From Balanoglossus misakiensis (taxonomy: Eukaryota; Animalia; Hemichordata): DNA of 64,000 nucleotides. Position 1 is the stretch's first letter. The number at the start of each line of letters is the position of its first letter. The stretch lies in contig CM082585.2 in the NCBI GenBank assembly GCA_040954595.2, positions 2,076,902-2,140,901 on the forward strand. The letters are read 5' to 3'. The notes beneath the pieces are model-generated. The model was not told the DNA's origin, searched no databases, and was given only the letters and a program-made list of their open reading frames with translations. This document shows positions 15,001 to 30,000 of this stretch, piece after piece. The position numbers were made by a program, and so were the translations under genes.

Positions 15001-18000
15001 TGTTAGGCGCAGAACACGTAATAGGCCTATGCGCATAAGAAAGTTTTCCACCAGACTCTGTAGATCGACGGATAGTTGTAAAATTTACATGGTTGCTTCC
15101 AAATACAGCCTCGTTTATTTAGCGATTTCTGTTGTGATGCGCATAATACATAGATAGGCCTATGTGCATAATAAAGTTTTACACTAGACTCTGTAGATCG
15201 AGAGATAGTTCTAAAATTTCCATGGTTGTTTCCAAACACAGCCTCGTTCATTTACAAAATTCTGTTGTGATGCGCTGAACACATACATATGCCTATGCGC
15301 ATAAGAAAGTTTCCCACTAGACTCTGTAGATCGACGGATAGTTCTAAAATTTCCATGATTGCTTCCAAACACATCCTCGATTGTTTACAAAATTCTGTTG
15401 TGATGTGCATAACACATGATAGGCCTATGCGCATAAGAACGTTTTCCACTATACTCTGTACATCGAGAGATAGTTCTAAAATTTCCATTGTTGCTTCCAA
15501 ACAAAGCCTCGTTTGTTTACAAAATTCTGTTGTGATGCGCAGAACACATATATAGGCCTATGCGCATATGAACGTTTTCCACTATACTCCGTAGATCGAC
15601 AGATAGTTCTAAAATTTCCATTGTTGCTTCCAAACAAAGCCTCGATTGTTTACAAAATTCTGTTGTGATGCGCAGAACACATATATAGGCCTATGCGCAT
15701 ATGAACGTTTTCCACTATACTCCGTAGATCGACAGATAGTTCTAAAATTTCCATTGTTGCTTCCAAACAAAGCCTCGTTTGTTTACAAAATTATGTTGTG
15801 ATGTGCATAACACATGATAGGCCTATGCGCATATATGAACGTTTTCCACTAGACTCTGTAGATCGAGAGATAGTTCTAGAATTTCCATGTTTGCTTCCAA
15901 ACAGCCTCGTTTATTTACGGAATTCTGTTTTGAGGCGCAGAACACATAGATAGGCATATGTGCATAAGAAAGTTTTCCACTATAGACTCTGTAGATCGAC
16001 GGATAGTTCTAAAATTTCCATGATTGCTTCCAAACACATCCTCGATTGTTTACAAAATTCTGTTGTGATGCGCAGAACACATATATAGGCCTATGCGCAT
16101 ATGAACGTTTTCCACTATACTCCGTAGATCGACAGATAGTTCTAAAATTTCCATTGTTGCTTCCAAACAAAGCCTCGTTTGTTTACAAAATTTTGTTGTG
16201 ATGTGCATAACACATGATAGGCCTATGCGCACATGAACGTTTTTCCACTAGACTCTGTAGATCGACGGATAGTTCTAAAATTTCCATGGTTGTTTCCAAA
16301 CAGCCTCGTTTATTTACCGAATTCTGTTGTTAGGCGCAGAACACGTAATAGGCCTATGCGCATAAGAAAGTTTTCCACCAAACTCTGTAGATCGACGGAT
16401 AGTTGTAAAATTTACATGGTTGCTTCCAAATACAGCCTCGTTTATTTACCGATTTCTGTTGTGATGCGCATAACACATAGATACGCCTATGCGCATAAGA
16501 ACGTTTTCCACTAGACTCTGTAGATCGAGAGAAAGTTCTAAAATTTCCATGGTTGTTTCCAAACACAGCCTCGTTCATTTACAAAATTCTGTTGTGATGC
16601 GCTGAACACATACATATGCCTATGCGCATAAGAAACTTTCCCACTAGACTCTGTAGATCGACGGATTGTTCTAAAATTTCCATGATTGCTTCCAAACACA
16701 TCCTCGATTGTTTACAAAATTCTGTTGTGATGCTCAGAACACATAGATAGGCCTATGCGCATATGAACGTTTTCCACTATACTCCGTAGATCGAGAGATA
16801 GTTCTAAAATTTCAATTGTTGCTTCCAAACAAAGCCTCGTTTCTTTACAAAATTCTGTTGTGATGTGCATAACACATGATAGGCCTATGCGCATAAAACA
16901 TTTTTCCACTATAGTCTCTGTAGATCGACGGATAGTTCTTAAATTTCCATGGTTGCTTCCAAACAGCCTCGTTTATTTACCGAATTCTGTTGTTAGGCGC
17001 AGAACACGTAATAGGCCTGTGCGCATAAGAAAGTTTTCCACCAGACTCTGTAGATCGACGGATAGTTGTAAAATTTACATGGTTGCTTCCAAATACAGCC
17101 TCGTTTATTTAGCGATTTCTGTTGTGATGCGCATAATACATAGATAGGCCTATGCGCATAAGAACGTTTTCCACTAGACTCTGTAGATCGACGGATAGTT
17201 CTAAAATTTCCATGGTTGCTTCCAAACAGCCTCGTTTATTTACCAAATTCTGTTGTGATGCGTAGAACACATACATATGCCTATGCGCATAAGAAATTTT
17301 TCCACTAGACTCCGTAGATCGACGGATAGTTCTAAAATTTCCATGGTTGCTTCCAAACAAAGCATCGTTTGTTTACAAAATTCTGTTGTGATGCGCAGAA
17401 CACATAGAGAGGCCTATGCGCATAAGAACGTTTTCCACTAGTCTCTGTATATCGACGGATAGTTCTAAAATTTCCATGGTTGCTTCCAAACACATCCTCG
17501 TTTGTTTACAAAATTATGTTGTGATGCGCATAATACATAGATAGGCCTATGCGCATAAGAACGTTTTCCACTAGACTCTGTAGATCGACGGATAGTTCTA
17601 AAATTTCCATGGTTGCTTCCAAACAGCCTCGTTTATTTACCGAATTCTGTTGTGAGGCGCAGAACACGTAATAGGCCTATGCGCATAAGAAACTTTTCCA
17701 CCAGACTCTGTAGATCGACGGATAGTTGTAAAATTTCCATGGTTGTTTCCAAACAGCCTCGTTTATTTACCGAATTCTGTTGTGATGCGTAGAACACATA
17801 CATATGCCTATGCGCATAAGAAATTTTTCCACTAGACTCCGTAGATCGACGGATAGTTCTAAAATTTCCATGGTTGCTTCCAAACAAAGCATCGTTTGTT
17901 TACAAAATTCTGTTGTGATGCGCAGAACACATAGAGAGGCCTATGCGCATAAGAAAGTTTTCCACTATACTCTGTAGATCGAGAGATAGTTCTAAAATTT

Positions 18001-21000
18001 CCATTGTTGCTTCCAAACAAAGCCTCGTTTGTTTACAAAATTCTGTTGTGATGCGCAGAACACATATATAGGCCTATGCGCATATGAACGTTTTCCACTA
18101 TACTCCGTAGATCGACGGATAGTTCTAAAATTTCCATTGTTGCTTCCAAACACATCCTCGATTGTTTACAAAATTCTGTTGTGATGCGCAGAACACATAT
18201 ATAGGCCTATGCGCATATGAACGTTTTCCACTATACTCAGTAGATCGAGAGATAGTTCTTGAATTTCCATGTTTGCTTCCAAACAGCCTCTTTTATTTAC
18301 GGAATTCTGTTTTGAGGCGCAGAACACATAGATAGGCATATGTGCATAAGAAAGTTTTCCACTATAGACTCTGTAGATCGATGGATAGTTCTTAAATTTC
18401 CATGGTTGCTTCCAAACAAAGCATCGTTTGTTTACAAAATTCTGTTGTGACGCGCAGAACACATAGATAGGCCTATGCGCAAATGAACGTTTTCCACTAT
18501 ACTCTGTAGATCGAGAGATAGTTCTAAAATTTCCATGGTTGCTTCCAAACTCCGCTTCGTTTGTTTACAAAATTCTGTTGTGATGCGCATAACACATAGA
18601 TAGGCCTATGCGCATATGAACGTTTTCCACTATACTCTGTAGATCGACAGATAGTTCTAAAATTTCCATGTTTGCTTCCAAACAGCGTCGTTTATTTACG
18701 GAATTCTGTTGTTAGGCGCAGAACACGTAATAGGCCTGTGCGCATAAGAAAGTTTTCCACCAGACTCTGTAGATCGACGGATAGTTGTAAAATTTACATG
18801 GTTGCTTCCAAATACAGCCTCGTTTATTTAGCGATTTCTGTTGTGATGCGCATAATACATAGATAGGCCTATGCGCATAAGAACGTTTTCCACTAGACTC
18901 TGTAGATCGACGGATAGTTCTAAAATTTCCATGGTTGCTTCCAAACAGCCTCGTTTATTTACCAAATTCTGTTGTGATGCGTAGAACACATACATATGCC
19001 TATGCGCATAAGAAATTTTTCCACTAGACTCCGTAGATCGACGGATAGTTCTAAAATTTCCATGGTTGCTTCCAAACAAAGCATCGTTTGTTTACAAAAT
19101 TCTGTTGTGATGCGCAGAACACATAGAGTGGCTTATGCGCATAAGAACGTTTTCCACTAGTCTCTGTATATCGACGGATATTTCTAAAATTTCCATGGTT
19201 GCTTCCAAACACATCCTCGTTTGTTTACAAAATTATGTTGTGATGCGCATAATACATAGATAGGCCTATGCGCATAAGAACGTTTTCCACTAGACTCTGT
19301 AGATCGACGGATAGTTCTAAAATTTCCATGGTTGCTTCCAAACAGCCTCGTTTATTTACCGAATTCTGTTGTGAGGCGCAGAACACGTAATAGGCCTATG
19401 CGCATAAGAAACTTTTCCACCAGACTCTGTAGATCGACGGATAGTTGTAAAATTTCCATGGTTGTTTCCAAACAGCCTCGTTTATTTACCGAATTCTGTT
19501 GTGATGCGTAGAACACATACATATGCCTATGCGCATAAGAAATTTTTCCACTAGACTCCGTAGATCGACGGATAGTTCTAAAATTTCCATGGTTGCTTCC
19601 AAACAAAGCATCGTTTGTTTACAAAATTCTGTTGTGATGCGCAGAACACATAGAGAGGCCTATGCGCATAAGAAAGTTTTCCACCAGACTCTGTAGATCG
19701 ACGGATAGTTGTAAAATTTACATGGTTGCTTCCAAATACAACCTCGTTTATTTAGCGGTTTCTGTTGTGATGCGCATAATACATAGATAGGCCTATGCGC
19801 ATAAGAACGTTTTCGACTAGACTCTGTAGATCGACGGATAGTTCTAAAATTTCCATGGTTGCTTCCAAACAGCCTCGTTTATTTACCGAATTCTGTTGTG
19901 AGGCGCAGAACACGTAATAGGCCTATGCGCAAAAGAAACTTTTCCACCAGACTCTGTAGATCGACGGATAGTTGTAAAATTTCCATGGTTGTTTCCAAAC
20001 AGCCTCGTTTATTTACCGAATTCTGTTGTGATGCGTAGAACACATACATATGCCTATGCGCATAAGAAATTTTTCCACTAGACTCCGTAGATCGACGGAT
20101 AGTTCTAAAATTTCCATGGTTGCTTCCAAACAAAGCATCGTTTGTTTACAAAATTCTGTTGTGATGCGCAGAACACATAGAGAGGCCTATGCGCATAAGA
20201 ACGTTTTCCACTATACTCTGTAGATCGAGAGATAGTTCTAAAATTTCCATTGTTGCTTCCAAACAAAGCCTCGTTTGTTTACAAAATTCTGTTGTGATGC
20301 GCAGAACACATATATAGGCCTATGCGCATATGAACGTTTTCCACTATACTCCGTAGATCGACGGATAGTTCTAAAATTTCCATTGTTGCTTCCAAACACA
20401 TCCTCGATTGTTTACAAAATTCTGTTGTGATGCGCAGAACACATATATAGGCCTATGCGCATATGAACGTTTTCCACTATACTCAGTAGATCGACAGATA
20501 GTTCTAAAATTTCCATTGTTGCTTCCAAACAAAGCCTCGTTTATTTACGGAATTCTGTTGTGAGGCGCATAACACATAGATAGGCCTATGCGCATATGAA
20601 AGTTTTCCACTATACTCTGTAGATCGAGAGATAGTTCTAAAATTTCCACGGTTGCTTCCAAACAGCCTCGTTTATTTACGGAATTCTGTTGTGAGGCGCA
20701 GAACACATGATAGGCCTATGCGCATAAGACATTTTTCCATTAGACTCTGTAGATCGACGGATAGTTCTAAAATTTCCATGGTTGCTTCCAAACAGCCTCG
20801 TTTATTTACGGAATTCTGTTTTGAGGCGCAGAACACGTAATAGGCCTATGCGCATAAGAAAGTTTTCCACCAGACTCTGTAGATCGACGGATAGTTGTAA
20901 AATTTACATGGTTGCTTCCAAATACAGCCTCGTTTATTTAGCGGTTTCTGTTGTGATGCGCATAATACATAGATAGGCCTATGCGCATAAGAACGTTTTC

Positions 21001-24000
21001 GACTAGACTCTGTAGATCGACGGATAGTTCTAAAATTTCCATGGTTGCTTCCAAACAGCCTCGTTTATTTACCGAATTCTGTTGTGAGGCGCAGAACACG
21101 TAATAGGCCTATGCGCATAAGAAAGTTTTCCACCAGACTCTGTAGATCGACGGATAGTTGTAAAATTTACATGGTTGCTTCCAAATACAACCTCGTTTAT
21201 TTAGCGGTTTCTGTTGTGATGCGCATAATACATAGATAGGCCTATGCGCATAAGAACGTTTTCGACTAGACTCTGTAGATCGACGGATAGTTCTAAAATT
21301 TCCATGGTTGCTTCCAAACAGCCTCGTTTATTTACCGAATTCTGTTGTGAGGCGCAGAACACGTAATAGGCCTATGCGCAAAAGAAACTTTTCCACCAGA
21401 CTCTGTAGATCGACGGATAGTTGTAAAATTTCCATGGTTGTTTCCAAACAGCCTCGTTTATTTACCGAATTCTGTTGTGATGCGTAGAACACATACATAT
21501 GCCTTTGCGCATAAGAAATTTTTCCACTAGACTCCGTAGATCGACGGATAGTTCTAAAATTTCCATGGTTGCTTCCAAACAAAGCATCGTTTGTTTACAA
21601 AATTCTGTTGTGATGCGCAGAACACATAGAGAGGCCTATGCGCATAAGAAAGTTTTCCACTAGACTCTGTATATCGACGGATAGTTCTAAAATTTCCATG
21701 GTTGCTTCCAAACACATCCTCGTTTGTTTACAAAATTATGTTGTGATGCGCATAATACATAGATAGGCCTATGCGCATAAGAACGTTTTCCAGTAGACTC
21801 TGTAGATCGACGGATAGTTCTAAAATTTCCATGGTTGCTTCCAAACAGCCTCGTTTATTTACCGAATTCTGTTGTGATGCGTAGAATACATACATATGCC
21901 TATGCGCATAAGAAATTTTACCACTAGACTCCGTAGATCGACGGATAGTTCTAAAATTTCCATGGTTGCTTCCAAACAAAGCATCGTTTGTTTACAAAAT
22001 TCTGTTGTGATGCGCAGAACATATAGATAGGCCTATGCGCATATGAACGTTTTCCACTATACTCTGTAGATCGACGGATAGTTCTAAAATTTCCATGGTT
22101 GCTTCCAAACAGCCTCGTTTATTTACAGAATTCTGTTGTGAGACGCAGAACACATACATATGCCTATGCGCATAAGAAATTTTTCCACTAGACTCCGTAG
22201 ATCGACGGATAGTTGTAAAATTTACATGGTTGCTTCCAAATACAGCCTCGTTTATTTAGCGATTTCTGTTGTGATGCGCATAATACATAGATAGGCCTAT
22301 GCGCATAAGAACGTTTTTCACTAGACTCTGTAGATCGACGGATAGTTCTAAAATTTCCATGGTTGCTTCCAAACAGCCTCTTTTATTTACCGAATTCTGT
22401 TGTGAGGCGCAGAACACGTAATAGGCCTATGCGCATAAGAGACTTTTCCACCAGACTCTGTAGATCGACGGATAGTTGTAAAATTTCCATGGTTGTTTCC
22501 AAACAGCCTCGTTTATTTACCGAATTCTGTTGTGATGCGTAGAACACATACATATGCCTATGCGCATAAGAAATTTTTCCACTAGACTCCGTAGATCGAC
22601 GGATAGTTCTAAAATTTCCATGGTTGCTTCCAAACAAAGCATCGTTTGTTTACAAAATTCTGTTGTGATGCGCAGAACACATAGAGAGGCCTATGCGCAT
22701 ATGAACGTTTTCCACTAGACTCTGTATATCGACGGATAGTTCTAAAATTTCCATGGTTGCTTCCAAACACATCCTCGTTTGTTTACAAAATTCTGTTGTG
22801 ATGCGCATAATACATAGATAGGCCTATGCGCATAAGAACGTTTTCCACTAGACTCTGTAGATCGACGGATAGTTCTAAAATTTCCATGGTTGCTTCCAAA
22901 CAGCCTCGTTTATTTACAGAATTCTGTTGTGAGACGCAGAACACATACATATGCCTATGCGCATAAGAAATTTTTCCACTAGACTCCGTAGATCGACGGA
23001 TAGTTGTAAAATTTACATGGTTGCTTCCAAATACAGCCTCGTTTATTTAGCGATTTCTGTTGTGATGCGCATAATACATAGATAGGCCTATGCGCATAAG
23101 AACGTTTTTCACTAGACTCTGTAGATCGACGGATAGTTCTAAAATTTCCATGGTTGCTTCCAAACAGCCTCTTTTATTTACCGAATTCTGTTGTGAGGCG
23201 CAGAACACGTAATAGGCCTATGCGCATAAGAGACTTTTCCACCAGACTCTGTAGATCGACGGATAGTTGTAAAATTTCCATGGTTGTTTCCAAACAGCCT
23301 CGTTTATTTACCGAATTCTGTTGTGATGCGTAGAACACATACATATGCCTATGCGCATAAGAAATTTTTCCACTAGACTCCGTAGATCGACGGATAGTTC
23401 TAAAATTTCCATGGTTGCTTCCAAACAAAGCATCGTTTGTTTACAAAATTCTGTTGTGATGCGCAGAACACATAGAGAGGCCTATGCGCATATGAACGTT
23501 TTCCACTAGACTCTGTATATCGACGGATAGTTCTAAAATTTCCATGGTTGCTTCCAAACACATCCTCGTTTGTTTACAAAATTCTGTTGCGATGCGCATA
23601 ATACATAGATAGGCCTATGCGCATAAGAACGTTTTCCATTAGACTCTGTAGATCGACGGATAGTTCTAAAATTTCCATGGTTGCTTCCAAACAGCCTCGT
23701 TTATTTACGGAATTCTGTTTTGAGGCGCAGAACACGTAATAGGCCTATGCGCATAAGAAAGTTTTCCACCAGACTCTGTAGATCGACGGATAGTTGTAAA
23801 ATTTACATGGTTGCTTCCAAATACAGCCTCGTTTATTTAGCGGTTTCTGTTGTGATGCGCATAATACATAGATAGGCCTATGCGCATAAGAACGTTTTCG
23901 ACTAGACTCTGTAGATCGACGGATAGTTCTAAAATTTCCATGGTTGCTTCCAAACAGCCTCGTTTATTTACCGAATTCTGTTGTGAGGCGCAGAACACGT

Positions 24001-27000
24001 AATAGGCCTATGCGCATAAGAAAGTTTTCCACCAGACTCTGTAGATCGACGGATAGTTGTAAAATTTACATGGTTGCTTCCAAATACAGCCTCGTTTATT
24101 TAGCGGTTTCTGTTGTGATGCGCATAATACATAGATAGGCCTATGCGCATAAGAACGTTTTCGACTAGACTCTGTAGATCGACGGATAGTTCTAAAATTT
24201 CCATGGTTGCTTCCAAACAGCCTCGTTTATTTACCGAATTCTGTTGTGAGGCGCAGAACACGTAATAGGCCTATGCGCAAAAGAAACTTTTCCACCAGAC
24301 TCTGTAGATCGACGGATAGTTGTAAAATTTCCATGGTTGTTTCCAAACAGCCTCGTTTATTTACCGAATTCTGTTGTGATGCGTAGAACACATACATATG
24401 CCTTTGCGCATAAGAAATTTTTCCACTAGACTCCGTAGATCGACGGATAGTTCTAAAATTTCCATGGTTGCTTCCAAACAAAGCATCGTTTGTTTACAAA
24501 ATTCTGTTGTGATGCGCAGAACACATAGAGAGGCCTATGCGCATAAGAAAGTTTTCCACTAGACTCTGTATATCGACGGATAGTTCTAAAATTTCCATGG
24601 TTGCTTCCAAACACATCCTCGTTTGTTTACAAAATTATGTTGTGATGCGCATAATACATAGATAGGCCTATGCGCATAAGAACGTTTTCCAGTAGACTCT
24701 GTAGATCGACGGATAGTTCTAAAATTTCCATGGTTGCTTCCAAACAGCCTCGTTTATTTACCGAATTCTGTTGTGATGCGTAGAATACATACATATGCCT
24801 ATGCGCATAAGAAATTTTACCACTAGACTCCGTAGATCGACGGATAGTTCTAAAATTTCCATGGTTGCTTCCAAACAAAGCATCGTTTGTTTACAAAATT
24901 CTGTTGTGATGCGCAGAACATATAGATAGGCCTATGCGCATATGAACGTTTTCCACTATACTCTGTAGATCGACGGATAGTTCTAAAATTTCCATGGTTG
25001 CTTCCAAACAGCCTCGTTTATTTACAGAATTCTGTTGTGAGACGCAGAACACATACATATGCCTATGCGCATAAGAAATTTTTCCACTAGACTCCGTAGA
25101 TCGACGGATAGTTGTAAAATTTACATGGTTGCTTCCAAATACAGCCTCGTTTATTTAGCGATTTCTGTTGTGATGCGCATAATACATAGATAGGCCTATG
25201 CGCATAAGAACGTTTTTCACTAGACTCTGTAGATCGACGGATAGTTCTAAAATTTCCATGGTTGCTTCCAAACAGCCTCTTTTATTTACCGAATTCTGTT
25301 GTGAGGCGCAGAACACGTAATAGGCCTATGCGCATAAGAGACTTTTCCACCAGACTCTGTAGATCGACGGATAGTTGTAAAATTTCCATGGTTGTTTCCA
25401 AACAGCCTCGTTTATTTACCGAATTCTGTTGTGATGCGTAGAACACATACATATGCCTATGCGCATAAGAAATTTTTCCACTAGACTCCGTAGATCGACG
25501 GATAGTTCTAAAATTTCCATGGTTGCTTCCAAACAAAGCATCGTTTGTTTACAAAATTCTGTTGTGATGCGCAGAACACATAGAGAGGCCTATGCGCATA
25601 TGAACGTTTTCCACTAGACTCTGTATATCGACGGATAGTTCTAAAATTTCCATGGTTGCTTCCAAACACATCCTCGTTTGTTTACAAAATTCTGTTGTGA
25701 TGCGCATAATACATAGATAGGCCTATGCGCATAAGAACGTTTTCCACTAGACTCTGTAGATCGACGGATAGTTCTAAAATTTCCATGGTTGCTTCCAAAC
25801 AGCCTCGTTTATTTACAGAATTCTGTTGTGAGACGCAGAACACATACATATGCCTATGCGCATAAGAAATTTTTCCACTAGACTCCGTAGATCGACGGAT
25901 AGTTGTAAAATTTACATGGTTGCTTCCAAATACAGCCTCGTTTATTTAGCGATTTCTGTTGTGATGCGCATAATACATAGATAGGCCTATGCGCATAAGA
26001 ACGTTTTTCACTAGACTCTGTAGATCGACGGATAGTTCTAAAATTTCCATGGTTGCTTCCAAACAGCCTCTTTTATTTACCGAATTCTGTTGTGAGGCGC
26101 AGAACACGTAATAGGCCTATGCGCATAAGAGACTTTTCCACCAGACTCTGTAGATCGACGGATAGTTGTAAAATTTCCATGGTTGTTTCCAAACAGCCTC
26201 GTTTATTTACCGAATTCTGTTGTGATGCGTAGAACACATACATATGCCTATGCGCATAAGAAATTTTTCCACTAGACTCCGTAGATCGACGGATAGTTCT
26301 AAAATTTCCATGGTTGCTTCCAAACAAAGCATCGTTTGTTTACAAAATTCTGTTGTGATGCGCAGAACACATAGAGAGGCCTATGCGCATATGAACGTTT
26401 TCCACTAGACTCTGTATATCGACGGATAGTTCTAAAATTTCCATGGTTGCTTCCAAACACATCCTCGTTTGTTTACAAAATTCTGTTGTGATGCGCATAA
26501 TACATAGATAGGCCTATGCGCATAAGAACGTTTTCCACTAGACTCTGTAGATCGACGGATAGTTCTAAAATTTCCATGGTTGCTTCCAAACAGCCTCGTT
26601 TATTTACAGAATTCTGTTGTGAGACGCAGAACACATACATATGCCTATGCGCATAAGAAATTTTTCCACTAGACTCCGTAGATCGACGGATAGTTGTAAA
26701 ATTTACATGGTTGCTTCCAAATACAGCCTCGTTTATTTAGCGATTTCTGTTGTGATGCGCATAATACATAGATAGGCCTATGCGCATAAGAACGTTTTTC
26801 ACTAGACTCTGTAGATCGACGGATAGTTCTAAAATTTCCATGGTTGCTTCAAAACACATCCTCGTTTGTTTACAAAATTCTGTTGTGATGCGCATAATAC
26901 ATAGATAGGCCTATGCGCATAAGAACGTTTTCCACTAGACTCTGTAGATCGACGGATAGTTCTAAAATTTCCATGGTTGCTTCCAAACAGCCTCGTTTAT

Positions 27001-30000
27001 TTACCGAATTCTCTTGTGAGGCGCAGAACACGTAATAGGCCTATGCGCATAAGAAACTTTTCCACCAGACTCGGTAGATCGACAGACAGTTGTAAAATTT
27101 CCATGGTTGTTTCCAAACAGCCTCGTTTATTTACCGAATTCTGTTGTGATGCGTAGAACACATACATATGCCTATGCGCATAAGAAATTTTTCCACTAGA
27201 CTCCGTAGATCGACGGATAGTTCTAAAATTTCCATGGTTGCTTCCAAACAAAGCATCGTTTGTATACAAAATTCTGTTGTGATGCGCAGAACAAATAGAG
27301 AGGCCTATGCGCATAAGAACGTTTTCCACTGGACTCTGTATATCGACGGATAGTTCTAAAATGTCCATGGTTGCTTCCAAGCACATCCTCGTTTGTTTAC
27401 AAAATTATGTTGTGATGCGCATAATACATAGATAGGCCTATGCGCATAAGAACGTTTTCCAGTAGACTCTGTAGATCGACGGATAGTTCTAAAATTTCCA
27501 TGGTTGCTTCCAAACAGCCTCGTTTATTTACCGAATTCTGTTGTGATGCGTAGAATACATACATATGCCTATGCGCATAAGAAATTTTACCACTAGACTC
27601 CGTAGATCGACGGATAGTTCTAAAATTTCCATGGTTGCTTCCAAACAAAGCATCGTTTGTTTACAAAATTCTGTTGTGATGCGCAGAACACATAGATAGG
27701 CCTATGCGCATATGAACGTTTTCCACTATACTCTGTAGATCGACGGATAGTTCTAAAATTTCCATGGTTGCTTCCAAACAGCCTCGTTTATTTACAGAAT
27801 TCTGTTGTGAGACGCAGAACACATACATATGCCTATGCGCATAAGAAATTTTTCCACTAGACTCCGTAGATCGACGGATAGTTGTAAAATTTACATGGTT
27901 GCTTCCAAATACAGCCTCGTTTATTTAGCGATTTCTGTTGTGATGCGCATAATACATAGATAGGCCTATGCGCATAAGAACGTTTTTCACTATACTCTGT
28001 AGATCGACGGATAGTTCTAAAATTTCCATGGTTGCTTCCAAACAGCCTCGTTTATTTACCGAATTCTGTTGTGAGGCGCAGAACACGTAATAGGCCTATG
28101 CGCAAAAGAAACTTTTCCACCAGACTCTGTAGATCGACGGATAGTTGTAAAATTTCCATGGTTGTTTCCAAACAGCCTCGTTTATTTACCGAATTCTGTT
28201 GTGATGCGTAGAACACATACATATGCCTTTGCGCATAAGAAATTTTTCCACTAGACTCCGTAGATCGACGGATAGTTCTAAAATTTCCATGGTTGCTTCC
28301 AAACAAAGCATCGTTTGTATACAAAATTCTGTTGTGATGCGCAGAACAAATAGAGAGGCCTATGCGCATAAGAACGTTTTCCACTGGACTCTGTATATCG
28401 ACGGATAGTTCTAAAATTTCCATGGTTGCTTCCAAGCACATCCTCGTTTGTTTACAAAATTATGTTGTGATGCGCATAATACATAGATAGGCCTATGCGC
28501 ATAAGAACGTTTTCCAGTAGACTCTGTAGATCGACGGATAGTTCTAAAATTTCCATGGTTGCTTCCAAACAGCCTCGTTTATTTACCGAATTCTGTTGTG
28601 ATGCGTAGAATACATACATATGCCTATGCGCATAAGAAATTTTACCACTAGACTCCGTAGATCGACGGATAGTTCTAAAATTTCCATGGTTGCTTCCAAA
28701 CAAAGCATCGTTTGTTTACAAAATTCTGTTGTGATGCGCAGAACACATAGATAGGCCTATGCGCATATGAACGTTTTCCACTATACTCTGTAGATCGACG
28801 GATAGTTCTAAAATTTCCATGGTTGCTTCCAAACAGCCTCGTTTATTTACAGAATTCTGTTGTGAGACGCAGAACACATACATATGCCTATGCGCATAAG
28901 AAATTTTTCCACTAGACTCCGTAGATCGACGGATAGTTGTAAAATTTACATGGTTGCTTCCAAATACAGCCTCGTTTATTTAGCGATTTCTGTTGTGATG
29001 CGCATAATACATAGATAGGCCTATGCGCATAAGAACGTTTTTCACTATACTCTGTAGATCGACGGATAGTTCTAAAATTTCCATGGTTGCTTCCAAACAG
29101 CCTCGTTTATTTACCGAATTCTGTTGTGAGGCGCAGAACACGTAATAGGCCTATGCGCAAAAGAAACTTTTCCACCAGACTCTGTAGATCGACGGATAGT
29201 TGTAAAATTTCCATGGTTGTTTCCAAACAGCCTCGTTTATTTACCGAATTCTGTTGTGATGCGTAGAACACATACATATGCCTTTGCGCATAAGAAATTT
29301 TTCCACTAGACTCCGTAGATCGACGGATAGTTCTAAAATTTCCATGGTTGCTTCCAAACAAAGCATCGTTTGTTTACAAAATTCTGTTGTGATGCGCAGA
29401 ACACATAGAGAGGCCTATGCGCATAAGAAAGTTTTCCACTAGACTCTGTATATCGACGGATAGTTCTAAAATTTCCATGGTTGCTTCCAAACACATCCTC
29501 GTTTGTTTACAAAATTATGTTGTGATGCGCATAATACATAGATAGGCCTATGCGCATAAGAACGTTTTCCAGTAGACTCTGTAGATCGACGGATAGTTCT
29601 AAAATTTCCATGGTTGCTTCCAAACAGCCTCGTTTATTTACCGAATTCTGTTGTGATGCGTAGAATACATACATATGCCTATGCGCATAAGAAATTTTAC
29701 CACTAGACTCCGTAGATCGACGGATAGTTCTAAAATTTCCATGGTTGCTTCCAAACAAAGCATCGTTTGTTTACAAAATTCTGTTGTGATGCGCAGAACA
29801 CATAGATAGGCCTATGCGCATATGAACGTTTTCCACTATACTCTGTAGATCGACGGATAGTTCTAAAATTTCCATGGTTGCTTCCAAACAGCCTCGTTTA
29901 TTTACAGAATTCTGTTGTGAGACGCAGAACACATACATATGCCTATGCGCATAAGAAATTTTTCCACTAGACTCCGTAGATCGACGGATAGTTGTAAAAT